A program made the translations under genes and the position numbers. The notes below the pieces were generated by a model. The model searched no databases and was not told the DNA's origin. It worked only from the letters and a program-made list of their open reading frames with translations. Of a stretch of DNA of 64,000 bases, positions 9,615-18,724 are shown in pieces. This DNA comes from Candidatus Acidiferrales bacterium (lineage in GTDB: Archaea; Micrarchaeota; Micrarchaeia; Micrarchaeales; Micrarchaeaceae), in the NCBI GenBank assembly GCA_035534575.1, contig DATLRT010000018.1, positions 1,316-65,315 on the forward strand, written 5' to 3'. Position 1 is the first letter of the stretch, and each line of letters opens with the position of its first letter.

Positions 9615-9644
9615 GTTTAAATCTAAACTAGATTATATTTAAAC
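9615..9644. promoter_or_regulatory. nested palindrome in the PadR promoter (candidate operator)
   Basis: GTTTAAAT(9615-22)/ATTTAAAC(9637-44) enclose ATCTA(9621-25)/TAGAT(9629-33), overlapping a TATA-like TTTAAATATAAT on the minus strand. Confidence 0.35.
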
Positions 9645-9821
9645 TAAGATATTTATACCTTGCTGCGCAAAGGGGTTTGCACCTAAAGCCTCAAGATCGA
9701 GCCGATAAAGGTGCAAGAGAAGACATTTAAGTGCAAGATGACTTTTAAGGAAAAGCCACAAACCGCTGAGGTTCACATACCTCGTCAGCACCACTCAATA
9801 CTCTTATTGGGCATTAATCCG

Positions 9822-11520
9822 TTATAATCTTTTGTTCTTACCTTTCTTTATCTCTTTTCTACGTCCTTTTTTCTTGCCGTGTTCTGCTTTTTTATACGAA
9901 ACATTAACGAATAATACTTTGGGCTTAATCCCACCCAAAATCTCTTTTATAGTTAATATCTGTATTTTGGCTATACTTTCATCACCTAACGGAGAGGTTT
10001 CGTATCCATACTGTATCGCCTCCTCCTTCATATCCTTTGTAGGCTCCTCTAAAGTAACAAATACACCAAACTTTACTTTTTCCCGCTCTAAAGTACCCTT
10101 AAAGTCTCTTATATCGCCAGATTTCACATGCCCGCTTTTGACTTGAACCAGTACAGACTTTGTAGTTTTATCTCTTGGATCGTAGAGGTAAATTATGCCA
10201 TCTATACCCCTATCCGAGCCTTTCTTTTTATCATTTATCGGCCTCGCATCAATCAGAGATAATGCCCACCACTCAAATTGGTATCTATCGCTCTGCGCTA
10301 ACTGCTTAGCTCCTTCTAAATCCTTCGGTTCTCCTACTATGTCAAACTTGGCGCTTGGATATTTATCATGTATGCGTCTTTTTATGAGGTTTATAGCCAA
10401 ATGAGTTATATCTATACCTATCCAATTTCTATCAGAACCCGTTTCAGCATTAATTTTCTCAACTGCATCTATAGTAGTACCACAACCACAAAATGGATCT
10501 AAAACCAAATCCCCTTTATTGCTTGACGCTTTTATTATTCTTTCAAGTAATTTCAATGGCTTTTGTGTCGCATAATTTAGAAACTCTTTACTATCATATA
10601 ATCGATTTATGTCGTCCCACACGTCAAAGAGTGGCTTCCCCTCTTTTTTAGAAGGTCTTAATTTTCTAAACGGTTTGCCAGTTCTTGACCAACCTAAATC
10701 GCCATCATTGTCTAACTCTATTAGTTTCTCTTTTGTCATACGCCAACCAGAAGAATCTGGGGTGTATCCCTTATATTCATACACTAAATTTGGCCTCTCG
10801 CCCATAGATTGGGAGCGGATTATTGGGCCAGCATAATAGCCACCTTTATCGTCTTCAAGATGAAATTTCTTCGAAACTTCCTCGTCTGTCAAACTTATTT
10901 TGGCATCGTCCAAATTAAATATAAAATTATTTGACTTGGAGTAAAAGAATATTGTATCATGTGCTTTACCGAATTTCTTACTATCGTATTGAGAACCTTT
11001 AGGATTAACTGTCCTTTTCCATATTATTTCATTTCTAAAATTATAAACACCAAAAACAGCATCCAAAACAAGTTTTATGTAATGGCTTGCTGTTGGGTCG
11101 CAGTGAAGGTAAATGGAACCCGTTTTCTTAAGAACTCTATGCAATTCCAATAGTCTAACTGTCATCATAACTATATAGGCAGTCATAGAATTTTTGCCTA
11201 AGAAATGCTCAAATGCTAAGATTAGTTCTGGTACGTTAGAAGGAACATTTTTGCTATTTCCTGTTAGGTACTCAAAGGTTATTTGTGCCGTATCGTCCCA
11301 TGTCCAAGAATCGGTAAAAGCTTCTATTTGAGCCTTAGATTTTTCGCCCCCCCCCCGCAGCATTTGCGGACTCCTTAAAGAGGATGTTATAGTTTGCCTG
11401 GGAATTGAAGGGTGGGTCTAAGTAGATAAGGTCTACACTCTCGTCTTTGATGTATTTTCTAAGTATGTCTAAGTTGTCTCCGAAATAAAGAGCGTTCTCA
11501 ACCATACTTTCCATTTGCAT
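9822..11520 (-). pseudogene. beta-class N6/N4 DNA methyltransferase fused to a C-terminal Mrr-like PD-(D/E)xK nuclease domain; frame broken at a G10 tract
   Basis: N-terminal piece (ATG 11520) has motif IV LDPPFNS. The downstream frame has HCDP, motif I DPFCGCGTT and a C-terminal DRGIDGI...VQVKSG (Mrr-type). Removing one G from the tract gives ...ANAAGGGEKSKAQIEAF in one frame. Confidence 0.85.
11347..11356 (-). repeat. homopolymer G10 (C10 on + strand) at the frameshift point
   Basis: Counted directly: ttttcg-cccccccccc-gcag. Confidence 0.95.
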
Positions 11521-11650
11521 GGTAATCCTTTTAATTGCTACTGAAATCAATGGTTATCCATAACTTATACAGCCCGTGGATTAAGACTAAGCTAATACTG
11601 TCTTAGTACACAAGGAAAGGGTATTTAAAGTTAATATTCATAGTTTACTT

Positions 11651-11839
11651 ATGCATCAGTTAATAGCGCTAGGTCTGGCTGGAGCGGGTATGTTATCACT
11701 TGTTTTCAGCTTCTTATCAGTAGCATTGATTGTCATAGGCGTAGTCCTTACCATTGTAGGTTTAGCGGTGTTATTCAATTCCGAAAAAGCAAGCAACAGT
11801 GCAGGAAAGGCTAAGATTGCAGGAAGCAGTGTTAACTAA
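11651..11839 (+). CDS. small membrane protein (62 aa)
   Basis: Two hydrophobic helices (LIALGLAGAGMLSLVFSFL, ALIVIGVVLTIVGLAVLF). AT-rich codon use like the neighbouring methylase. Confidence 0.45.
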   Translation: MHQLIALGLAGAGMLSLVFSFLSVALIVIGVVLTIVGLAVLFNSEKASNSAGKAKIAGSSVN

Positions 11840-11861
11840 TCATTATCATAAAACACTTAAT

Positions 11862-12056
11862 ATGATTAATGTATTTGGCATATCATTCCTCGCAGGGCTA
11901 TTTGCTACAATAGTAGCTTATTTAACACGCCAAATAAACGTAAGTTATACTTCTGCCATGATCTACTTTTGCGTATATGGATTTATTCTTGCATGGATAC
12001 TTGGGCACATGAAGCTAAAGGAGATAAATAGGTCTATTTTAAGGTTGGCTGATTGA
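11862..12056 (+). CDS. small membrane protein (64 aa)
   Basis: MINVFGISFLAGLFATIVAYL...IYFCVYGFILAWILG gives two TM helices. Started at internal ATG 11862. Confidence 0.45.
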   Translation: MINVFGISFLAGLFATIVAYLTRQINVSYTSAMIYFCVYGFILAWILGHMKLKEINRSILRLAD

Positions 12057-12204
12057 GTTTATACCTAATTTAATGCAACTTCTAGGGTTTAGGTGCTTAG
12101 TCTTTAAGTCCAGAGTTTGAGCAAAGAGCCTTCGGCATGTGCTAAGCCAACCCCAAGCAAAAGGGTTTAATAGGTTCCATGAGGTATAGTTACAAGGGGT
12201 TTTG

Positions 12205-12960
12205 ATGGCTAAGGAAAACAACGACAGGGGCTTTATCTATGTGGCAGCACTGGCCATAATAGTGCTGGGCATAGTGGCATTTTCGGCTCGCGAGGCGAGC
12301 ATAAGCGGGATAAACGGCAGCCTTGGAAAGGGCTCTGTGATTACAGTGGGCGCATCGGGCATCTCCTACGACCTGCCCAGCCAGGCTACAATCTACGTTG
12401 CACTCAACGGAACGGGCAACAGCACCGCTGCCGCGACTGCAAACGTGACAAAGACGCTCAACGCAATCAACAACTCCATAGGGGGCTACATAAACTGGAA
12501 CCAGACTTACGTAACGACAACCGGCTATTCGTCATACAAGGTGTACAACAGCAGCGCGTATGCCGTGTTCGAGAACCTTGTGATTGTGATACCCAACATA
12601 GCGAACGTCAGCTCGGCGATAAGCTCAATCTCGCAGGTACCGAACGCCTACATAAGCAGCGTGCAGCCGATGCTTTCGGACCAGCAGCTCACGACCATGA
12701 GGAGCGTGGCTCTCTGGAGGGCGCTGAACAACGCAACTGTCCAGGCCCAGTTGCTCGCTGGACCTAGCGCTTCGATAAGGCAGACCAACATAACGGTGAA
12801 CAGCTACTCGGTGGTTCCGTATCCTGCCTATGCGAACAGTTTCATAGCCTCGGCGAAGTCAGCCGGCGGCTCACAGTCCTCGCCTTACTATGGCGGCAGG
12901 TCGAAGCTGGTTGAGAGCGTCTCAGTTGTCTTCACATTCCAGAAGGGCTGCGGCTGCTAG
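12205..12960 (+). CDS. SIMPL/DUF541-like secreted or membrane-anchored protein
   Basis: N-terminal TM FIYVAALAIIVLGIVAF, then two-lobed pattern (ITVGASG...ATIYVAL..., SYSVVPYP...VSVVFTF) resembling SIMPL domain proteins. Confidence 0.6.
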   Translation: MAKENNDRGFIYVAALAIIVLGIVAFSAREASISGINGSLGKGSVITVGASGISYDLPSQATIYVALNGTGNSTAAATANVTKTLNAINNSIGGYINWNQTYVTTTGYSSYKVYNSSAYAVFENLVIVIPNIANVSSAISSISQVPNAYISSVQPMLSDQQLTTMRSVALWRALNNATVQAQLLAGPSASIRQTNITVNSYSVVPYPAYANSFIASAKSAGGSQSSPYYGGRSKLVESVSVVFTFQKGCGC

Positions 12961-12980
12961 TCGGCCCTGCCCGCAGGCTT

Positions 12981-13006
12981 GCAGGGGAAACCCTGCTTTT
13001 ATTTTT
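12981..13006 (+). terminator. hairpin plus T-run downstream of the SIMPL-like gene
   Basis: GCAGGG-GAAA-CCCTGC perfect hairpin immediately followed by TTTTATTTTT. Confidence 0.4.
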
Positions 13007-13162
13007 CATGTCGCTTAGCCTAGCTTACGCAATGCGTTAACAATAGAGAGAACCTTCCCCGTCCTCCCTGTTTAGAAATGTGGGCAGATGCGCTCGCATC
13101 TGCCGCTGATCCTTGCTTATGTTATGCCCTGCTCCCGACCCAACCCAGGCGCAGCTGCAGCA

Positions 13163-13357
13163 TCAAATTCCGAAGCCCGCCTTCAGAAGCGCCTTGCTTA
13201 TCCTTATCTTTCCCCTTCTGTAGTCATCGCCTAACTGCCCCGACTTCGATGTGGGGGCAATGGCTATCTTGGGGCATGAGTCATACTGGATGCCGCCTAT
13301 GTTCGCGCTCACGCTTGCCACGAAAATCTTCCTCCCGGCCTTGTTGTACAGCTTCAT
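13163..13357 (-). CDS. hypothetical protein (64 aa)
   Basis: Minus ORF uses AAG/AGG/ATA codons typical of this window. The overlapping + strand ORF 13078-13386 is Cys/Ser/Pro-rich and looks like a shadow. Confidence 0.4.
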   Translation of the reverse strand: MKLYNKAGRKIFVASVSANIGGIQYDSCPKIAIAPTSKSGQLGDDYRRGKIRISKALLKAGFGI

Positions 13358-13416
13358 TTTTCCACCACTCTATACATCAATTTTGAATTAGGAGATATAT
13401 ATAGGTTCTCTACGTC

Positions 13417-13429
13417 ATTTAGCGAATAG
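13417..13429 (+). repeat. left copy of target-site duplication ATTTAGCGAA(TAG)
   Basis: The identical 13-mer recurs at 14457-14469, immediately outside the IS inverted repeats. Confidence 0.8.
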
Positions 13430-14456
13430 GGAGTTGACATCTACATGTCTATCACCGATTTAAAATATTTCTCTCGTTTCATCCCCAGACCCCTCAAATC
13501 AGATACCTCATTACGTACGCCAACAGGCAGGAATAGACGTGGATTGCCGTCCTTTTGAGCCCCACGGCCCTTTTCTTTCCGAGACCGAACACCTCCTTCA
13601 ACCTAGAAAAGATGCGTTCTAGGGACCACCTCTTCCCGTAATCGGGATCCTTTGGATTTGATGTCTTCATATACTGGTTGCCGCCTATTGGAATCACCGC
13701 AGTTATACCATCCTGCCTGAGGTTCCGCCTTATTCTTGAGGACGAATAACCCGCATCGGCGAGATATTTGGCGTTCGGTCCGATACGGAAATTCGATTTT
13801 ACGCTTTCATAAAGTTCTGAGAAGAACATCCTGTCATTCCTGTTCGCCGGTTGTAGGGTCACTGCAAGGGGTATCTCGTGTTCAGCCTCCGATATCGTGT
13901 GGACTTTGTATCCGAAAATGAACGTCTTCTCGCCCTCCCTCAGGAACATCTGCTCCATTTTCGATGGAGTCCTGTATCCTGTTCTCGCGTCCCTGTCCTT
14001 CCTCGATCCCGAAGGAATTGCGGTGCTGTCCTGCACCATGGTTGACACTATCCTGTTGCGGAATTTGTCCCGTACAATCCAGTTGTAGAGGTCAGCGAAC
14101 ATTTCAGGATCCGACCTCGACTTCGCCTTTGACAACGTCGATTTATGCAGTTTGTCGCCGTATCCCAACATCTTCCCAATGGGGTCATTGACTACGAATT
14201 TGGCGAGTTCGTAGTCCTTCATGTGTTTATCCTGCTGCACTGCGAACGCGACGATATGTTTCGCGAACTTCTTCGTGTGCCCGTATTCCCGCACGAGAAC
14301 TCGTGCGTATGCCAGAACCTCTGGTATTTTATCCTTTAGGTCGTATATTATTTTCGTTTAGTCGCCTTGACGCAGGGGGTTTACAGTCGAAGAGAAAAGA
14401 GAACCCTGCGTTCAAGGGTCTATGGAACGGAAGGTATAAAATTTGTCATCTTCCTA
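13427..14456 (-). mobile_element. IS4/IS5-type insertion sequence (~1.03 kb)
   Basis: Single DDE transposase ORF. Imperfect terminal inverted repeats TAGGGAGTTGACAT (left) and TAGGAAGATGACAA (right, reverse complement), 11/14 matching. Flanked by a 10-13 bp direct duplication. Confidence 0.8.
13494..14294 (-). CDS. DDE transposase (IS4/IS5 family)
   Basis: Catalytic blocks VQDSTAI, YLADAGYSS and Y-x2-R-x3-E-x6-K in YGKRWSLERIFSRLKE. Confidence 0.88.
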   Translation of the reverse strand: MREYGHTKKFAKHIVAFAVQQDKHMKDYELAKFVVNDPIGKMLGYGDKLHKSTLSKAKSRSDPEMFADLYNWIVRDKFRNRIVSTMVQDSTAIPSGSRKDRDARTGYRTPSKMEQMFLREGEKTFIFGYKVHTISEAEHEIPLAVTLQPANRNDRMFFSELYESVKSNFRIGPNAKYLADAGYSSSRIRRNLRQDGITAVIPIGGNQYMKTSNPKDPDYGKRWSLERIFSRLKEVFGLGKKRAVGLKRTAIHVYSCLLAYVMRYLI

Positions 14457-14469
14457 ATTTAGCGAATAG
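14457..14469 (+). repeat. right copy of target-site duplication
   Basis: ATTTAGCGAATAG, identical to 13417-13429. Confidence 0.8.
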
Positions 14470-14537
14470 ACATTCCGCTCACGGGCGGAAAAGAAAGTGC
14501 CCTGCGCGCGCATTGTGCGCAGGGGCCGAGTGGCCTT

Positions 14538-14942
14538 TTACGAATGAGTGAAATGCGCTATCGTAGCAGTAGCAGACCTGTAGGGCGTGGCCGCCACTAT
14601 GGCATGCACAGTAGAAGTTCCCTTGGTTGAGCCCGGCACCGCAAAGGTCGCCACACCGGCTGAGTTGGTGTAGTTTTGGAATACTTTGATGGAGCTGCCG
14701 GTCTGTACGTACAGCACGACCTCGAACCCTGTCACGTTTACCGCCTGGTGCAGCGTCTCAGTCACATGCAACACTGTTGCAGTCCTGGAGATGGATGTGA
14801 GATGGGTGCTCTGCGATAGTGACCCGCTCGTTCCTCCGCCTCCGCCGCCGTCCCCTCCGGGCGCAGCGAAAGCCATGCCCAACGTGAATGACGATAGCAG
14901 AACTGCCATCATAGCTATTTTGTAGGTATCTTGCTTCCTCAT
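14538..14942 (-). CDS. small secreted protein with poly-Gly linker
   Basis: Signal peptide IAMMAVLLSSFTLGMAFAAPG, then GGDGGGGGGTSG and a beta-rich domain. Hairpin CCCTGCGC/GCGCAGGG lies downstream at ~14504-14528. Confidence 0.55.
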   Translation of the reverse strand: MRKQDTYKIAMMAVLLSSFTLGMAFAAPGGDGGGGGGTSGSLSQSTHLTSISRTATVLHVTETLHQAVNVTGFEVVLYVQTGSSIKVFQNYTNSAGVATFAVPGSTKGTSTVHAIVAATPYRSATATIAHFTHS

Positions 14943-15012
14943 CCGTTCACCTTATGGGTCTTATTGCGCTGGAATGGTATAAATAGATTTCGCGGTGTTC
15001 CCGCAGCCACCC

Positions 15013-15237
15013 TTACGCCCCGCCCTTATCATCGGCATGCTTGGCCTTCTGCCTGCCTATGGAGACCATAAGCTCGGCCTTTATCTGGGTGAAGCAGGCC
15101 ATGCACAGAAGCGTCTCACTGGTGGCCTTCGGGTCGCTCATCGGTCCCTGCTGGAGCCTCCCAGTGGATATGTAGTAGTAGTTCTCGACGTCCATGTCGG
15201 CGCCGCAGATCTCGCATTTAGTCTCGTCTATGCTCAT
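15013..15237 (-). CDS. small zinc-ribbon-like protein (74 aa)
   Basis: CEICG ... CMAC Cys pairs and a basic tail; typical codon use. Confidence 0.5.
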   Translation of the reverse strand: MSIDETKCEICGADMDVENYYYISTGRLQQGPMSDPKATSETLLCMACFTQIKAELMVSIGRQKAKHADDKGGA

Positions 15238-15302
15238 GGAAAAAACCTTAATGTGTGCAGTATGATTCTCTCTGCGCAGTATTTAGAGCTTGGCGCGGGC
15301 GG

Positions 15303-16058
15303 CTATGCCTTGAGGAAATGTGCCGCCATCTCCTCAAACGTGTTGAACACCATGTCGGGTTTCTCCCTGCTTATCATCCCGCTGGTGCCGTGGCCGGTGA
15401 GCAGTATCACGGAGTTGCACCCCGCTCCCCTCGAGGCTTTTACGTCCTTTACCGAGTCGCCCACATAGTAGGTGTACCTGGGGTCGGCGTCTAGTGCAGC
15501 CATTGCCTGCCTGATCCCTGAGGGGCTGGGCTTCGGCGCCTCGACGTCGTCGTCAGTCAGTATCACCGAGAAGAGGGATTCGCCTATCGGCCCCAGCATC
15601 ACTGATGCCCAAGCCCTGTCTGAGTTGGACACTATTCCAAGGCGGTATCCCGTTGCAGAGAGTTGGGAGAGGCACCCCCTTATGCCGGGGAACTCCTTGA
15701 GGAAGGGCACCGCCGCCTCGGACTTGTAGAAGCCATTGAAGGAGTCCGTTACCTTGGCGAGGCTTGCCTCTGCCTCCTCCGAAAGCGTGTTCTGTATTAC
15801 CGCGTTGATTATCGACTCGGCGTTGTCCTGCCAAAGTATGGCGTCTATGCTGGAACCCGAGATGGCTATCGCGGCAAGGGCGCGTATCGCCTCCTTGTGG
15901 TCGTTGTACTTTCCTATGCCCCTAAGGTGCCTTACCTGCTCCGCGGTGAATGAAAACTCAATGCGGTTCGCTGCGAAGCCCAGCCTGTACCCCTCTGCTA
16001 TAGCATACGAAGTGTCGACTAGTACGCCCCCAATGTCAAAAATCATTGCCCGCTGCAT
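15303..16058 (-). CDS. HAD-superfamily hydrolase
   Basis: Motif I IFDIGGVLVDT, motif II VSNS, motif IV YYVGDSVKDV. Confidence 0.85.
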   Translation of the reverse strand: MQRAMIFDIGGVLVDTSYAIAEGYRLGFAANRIEFSFTAEQVRHLRGIGKYNDHKEAIRALAAIAISGSSIDAILWQDNAESIINAVIQNTLSEEAEASLAKVTDSFNGFYKSEAAVPFLKEFPGIRGCLSQLSATGYRLGIVSNSDRAWASVMLGPIGESLFSVILTDDDVEAPKPSPSGIRQAMAALDADPRYTYYVGDSVKDVKASRGAGCNSVILLTGHGTSGMISREKPDMVFNTFEEMAAHFLKA

Positions 16059-16062
16059 GGCC

Positions 16063-16377
16063 TCACTTCTTGAGGGCTATTATGTCGCCGAAGGCCCTGC
16101 AGAAATAGTCCGTCGCGTACTTTATCGTCTCCCTGCCCAGCGGCGTGAGCGCGTATACTATCAGCTTCCCGCTCCTCTTGCCCAGTATCAGTCTCTTCGC
16201 CCTGAGCTCCTTGAGCGCCGGATATATGGTGCCCGCCTTTGGCTTCTCGCCCCTCCTCTTGCCTATCTCCGTGGCGAGCTGCTCACCGTGCATCTGGCTC
16301 CTTGAGAGCAGGAACAGTATCTGGAACGAGAGCATGCCGCGCATATCGCACATGGTCCTTCCCTTTGCCGCGTTCAT
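16063..16377 (-). CDS. PadR family transcriptional regulator
   Basis: MLSFQILFLLSRSQMHGEQLATEI...TIYPALKELRAKRLI. I start at ATG 16377, ~25 nt after TATATTTATC. Confidence 0.8.
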   Translation of the reverse strand: MNAAKGRTMCDMRGMLSFQILFLLSRSQMHGEQLATEIGKRRGEKPKAGTIYPALKELRAKRLILGKRSGKLIVYALTPLGRETIKYATDYFCRAFGDIIALKK

Positions 16378-16465
16378 CTCTTTCACTTTGATAAATATAG
16401 GATAACCTATATATTTAAATACTCGCATGACGGGATAATATAGGATGTCATATATATGACGTCCT

Positions 16466-16753
16466 ATGGGTGAAACAATGGAAGACTACGACACATGCGA
16501 AGGCGGCAGCTGCGGTTGCGGTGCCGGAGACAGGTACGATCTGCTGGAGGGCAGGTTGATGCAGATGGCCTTCTGGGCGCACAAGGCGGTCCTCTTCGAG
16601 AAGCTAAAGGAGAGGATAGAGAAGGAGGACGGGCAGAAGATGGACCAGATAGTCGGGCTGATCCTGGACGCCACCAAGGACACTGCCGAGGGCAGGAAGG
16701 AGGCTGAGAAAAAGAGAGAGGAGCTGAGGAAGAGGATAGGCGAGGCGTTCTGA
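16466..16753 (+). CDS. hypothetical protein (95 aa), Cys-rich N-terminus and charged helical C-terminus
   Basis: CEGGSCGCG then EKLKERIEKEDGQK...EAEKKREELRKRIGEAF. Divergent from the PadR gene. Confidence 0.5.
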   Translation: MGETMEDYDTCEGGSCGCGAGDRYDLLEGRLMQMAFWAHKAVLFEKLKERIEKEDGQKMDQIVGLILDATKDTAEGRKEAEKKREELRKRIGEAF

Positions 16754-16789
16754 CGCCTTGCTCCCCTTACGGGGATCGGCTAGGAACAC

Positions 16790-17254
16790 TCAGGGCCTTA
16801 GCTTTATGAATTGGTACCTGCCTGCCTTGCGCCACTTTATGTATGTGGATATGGTGCTGCTTACAGTGGGGTTGGTTGATGCGCGCAGAGCCTCGCGCAG
16901 GGTGAACCACCTGAACTCGGACACCTCGTCCCCGTCTATCCTCACCTTGGTGCCCCTCGCGCGGCAGAAGAGCTCAAAGTAGAGAAAGTGGCGCTTTTTG
17001 TCGTGAAAATCCTTGGGAAATATGTCCTCGAACACGGTCACAATGCCGAGCGGCCTTACGGTCAGACCCACTTCTTCCTTGGCCTCCCTCACCGCTGTAT
17101 CGAAAACGCTCTCGCCGAGCTCTATGTGGCCGCCCGGAATCAGCCACTGGTCGCCCCACTTGTAGCCCTTTACCATGAGCAGGCGGTCCTTGGAGTCAAG
17201 TATGTATGCGCCCACGACGGGCTCAACCGCCTTGTGCCTTGCGGGCTTAGGCAT
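16790..17254 (-). CDS. NUDIX hydrolase
   Basis: Nudix box GGHIELGESVFDTAVREAKEEVGL. ATG 17254 overlaps the ASCH gene stop by 8 nt. Confidence 0.88.
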   Translation of the reverse strand: MPKPARHKAVEPVVGAYILDSKDRLLMVKGYKWGDQWLIPGGHIELGESVFDTAVREAKEEVGLTVRPLGIVTVFEDIFPKDFHDKKRHFLYFELFCRARGTKVRIDGDEVSEFRWFTLREALRASTNPTVSSTISTYIKWRKAGRYQFIKLRP

Positions 17255-17654
17255 ATGATATCTCACCGAGCTTCATCTCGTTGACCTCGTATATGCCCAG
17301 GCTGCCCTTTGAAGGCATGGGCGCGGAGAGCAGCTTGGCCTCCCTCAGCATGAAGCCGAACTTGGCCTTGTTGATGTACTCCTCGCCCGCAAGATGCATG
17401 TTCTTGTCCAGCATCAGCTCCCTGATGTTGTTATACTGCTTTACCCCATAGAGCAGCACCTTGCCCACTATGGCACCCTTAGCAACCGCGGACTCGTCCA
17501 TGTTGAAACGCCTCATCCCTTCCTTGTCGGGCTCTGAGGAGGCGTGTATGAGAAGCTCTCCGCGGTAGTTGGTGTTCCAGCTTCTCAGCTCCACGGTCTT
17601 GAGTCCCTTGACTATGAGATCCGCATAAGGCTGCTTGACGGACAGGCACTTCAT
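17247..17654 (-). CDS. ASCH domain protein
   Basis: MKCLSVKQPYADLIVKGLKTVELRSW...LLIHAS is a typical ASCH beta-barrel N-terminus. ATGA overlap with the upstream gene. Confidence 0.8.
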   Translation of the reverse strand: MKCLSVKQPYADLIVKGLKTVELRSWNTNYRGELLIHASSEPDKEGMRRFNMDESAVAKGAIVGKVLLYGVKQYNNIRELMLDKNMHLAGEEYINKAKFGFMLREAKLLSAPMPSKGSLGIYEVNEMKLGEISYA

Positions 17655-18550
17655 CTCCTCTCACCCTCAACATAAGCTATCCAGCCCAAGATAGATAAAC
17701 CCGCCTCCTCGGCCTTTCCGTGGAAGCTGTGGTTCGCCCCTTTTATCAGCAGCTGCCTTGACAGCCTTGAGCTGCAGTTCATCGCTATTATAGAGTTCAT
17801 CTCTCTCGGCGGCTTTATCGCGTGCTGCTCCCTGCTGCCGAATATCGAGAGGACCGGTATCTTGAGAGATGCGAGCTCGCTCAGCCTTGGGCGGTCGTAG
17901 TTGAAGAGCCTTGCCTCGGGATTCTTCGGGTCGGCGAAGCTGAGGAACCTCCTGGCGGTGAGGTGCACCCCAAGGTAGGAAGGAGGCAGCAGACCGGTAG
18001 GATCTTTCTTTGATATCGCCCTTGCAAGAGCCACTGCCTTTCTGAACTTCCTTCCCAGTTCCTTGCGCCTGAGGTTGTAATCGTCTACCGCGCCGAGCAG
18101 GATGACGCCGCGCACTTTCCCCGGGCGCTTCCATGCGTAGTAGGTTATCTTCTGCGCGCCGGTGCTTATTCCCTCAAGATAAATCCGCTTTATGCCCAGG
18201 CGCTTCATGAACCTGACCGCTGCGTCTACGTCCTTGACGCAGTCCTCGAACTTCTCAACACCGCCACCCATGTTGAAATAGCGCAGCTTGGATCCGCTGC
18301 CCTTTGCGAAACCCATCATGGTGGAGCTACCCCGCGTCTCGATGTTCAGTAATGCCACGCCCTTTTTGGCGAAGTCCCTTGCGAATGCCTTGGCGAGCCT
18401 GCTCCTGTAGAAGCTGGAGAATATCCCGTGGACGTGTATGACGCCAACCTTGGGACGGCGTTTGGGGACGGAGAGCAGCCCGGACAGCATAAGGCCGTCG
18501 CTGGTCTTGAACTCGACAAGCTTGACATCGACAGAGTTGCGCATTTCCAT
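17651..18550 (-). CDS. alpha/beta-fold hydrolase
   Basis: HVHGIFSSF oxyanion region and nucleophile elbow GISTGA. First ATG is at 18550; the ORF-track start 18589 is TTG. Confidence 0.75.
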   Translation of the reverse strand: MEMRNSVDVKLVEFKTSDGLMLSGLLSVPKRRPKVGVIHVHGIFSSFYRSRLAKAFARDFAKKGVALLNIETRGSSTMMGFAKGSGSKLRYFNMGGGVEKFEDCVKDVDAAVRFMKRLGIKRIYLEGISTGAQKITYYAWKRPGKVRGVILLGAVDDYNLRRKELGRKFRKAVALARAISKKDPTGLLPPSYLGVHLTARRFLSFADPKNPEARLFNYDRPRLSELASLKIPVLSIFGSREQHAIKPPREMNSIIAMNCSSRLSRQLLIKGANHSFHGKAEEAGLSILGWIAYVEGERR

Positions 18551-18610
18551 ACAATCGACCGCTGCAATCACTTTGCTTAACCTGTTCAAGTCCAGATATT
18601 TAGTCTTTCT

Positions 18611-18724
18611 CTAACGCCCGGCTGAAAGCGCTTTTATGAAATCGCGCCTGAACTCGCTCCCAGATATTTTTTCGACTACGGTCACGTTTGTATTCGGATC
18701 CGTGCTGATTATTATGTCGCGCAT
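18611..18724 (-). CDS. possible 37-aa ORF coupled to the HAD gene stop
   Basis: TAG-ATG junction with the upstream HAD gene. MRDIIISTDPNTNVTVVEKISGSEFRRDFIKALSAGR. No recognisable motif, so weak. Confidence 0.25.
   Translation of the reverse strand: MRDIIISTDPNTNVTVVEKISGSEFRRDFIKALSAGR

Noticed and set aside
13078-13386. Plus-strand 102-aa ORF
   Set aside because: It is a Cys/Ser/Pro/Leu-rich shadow of the 64-aa minus ORF and adjacent spacer, with no start context.
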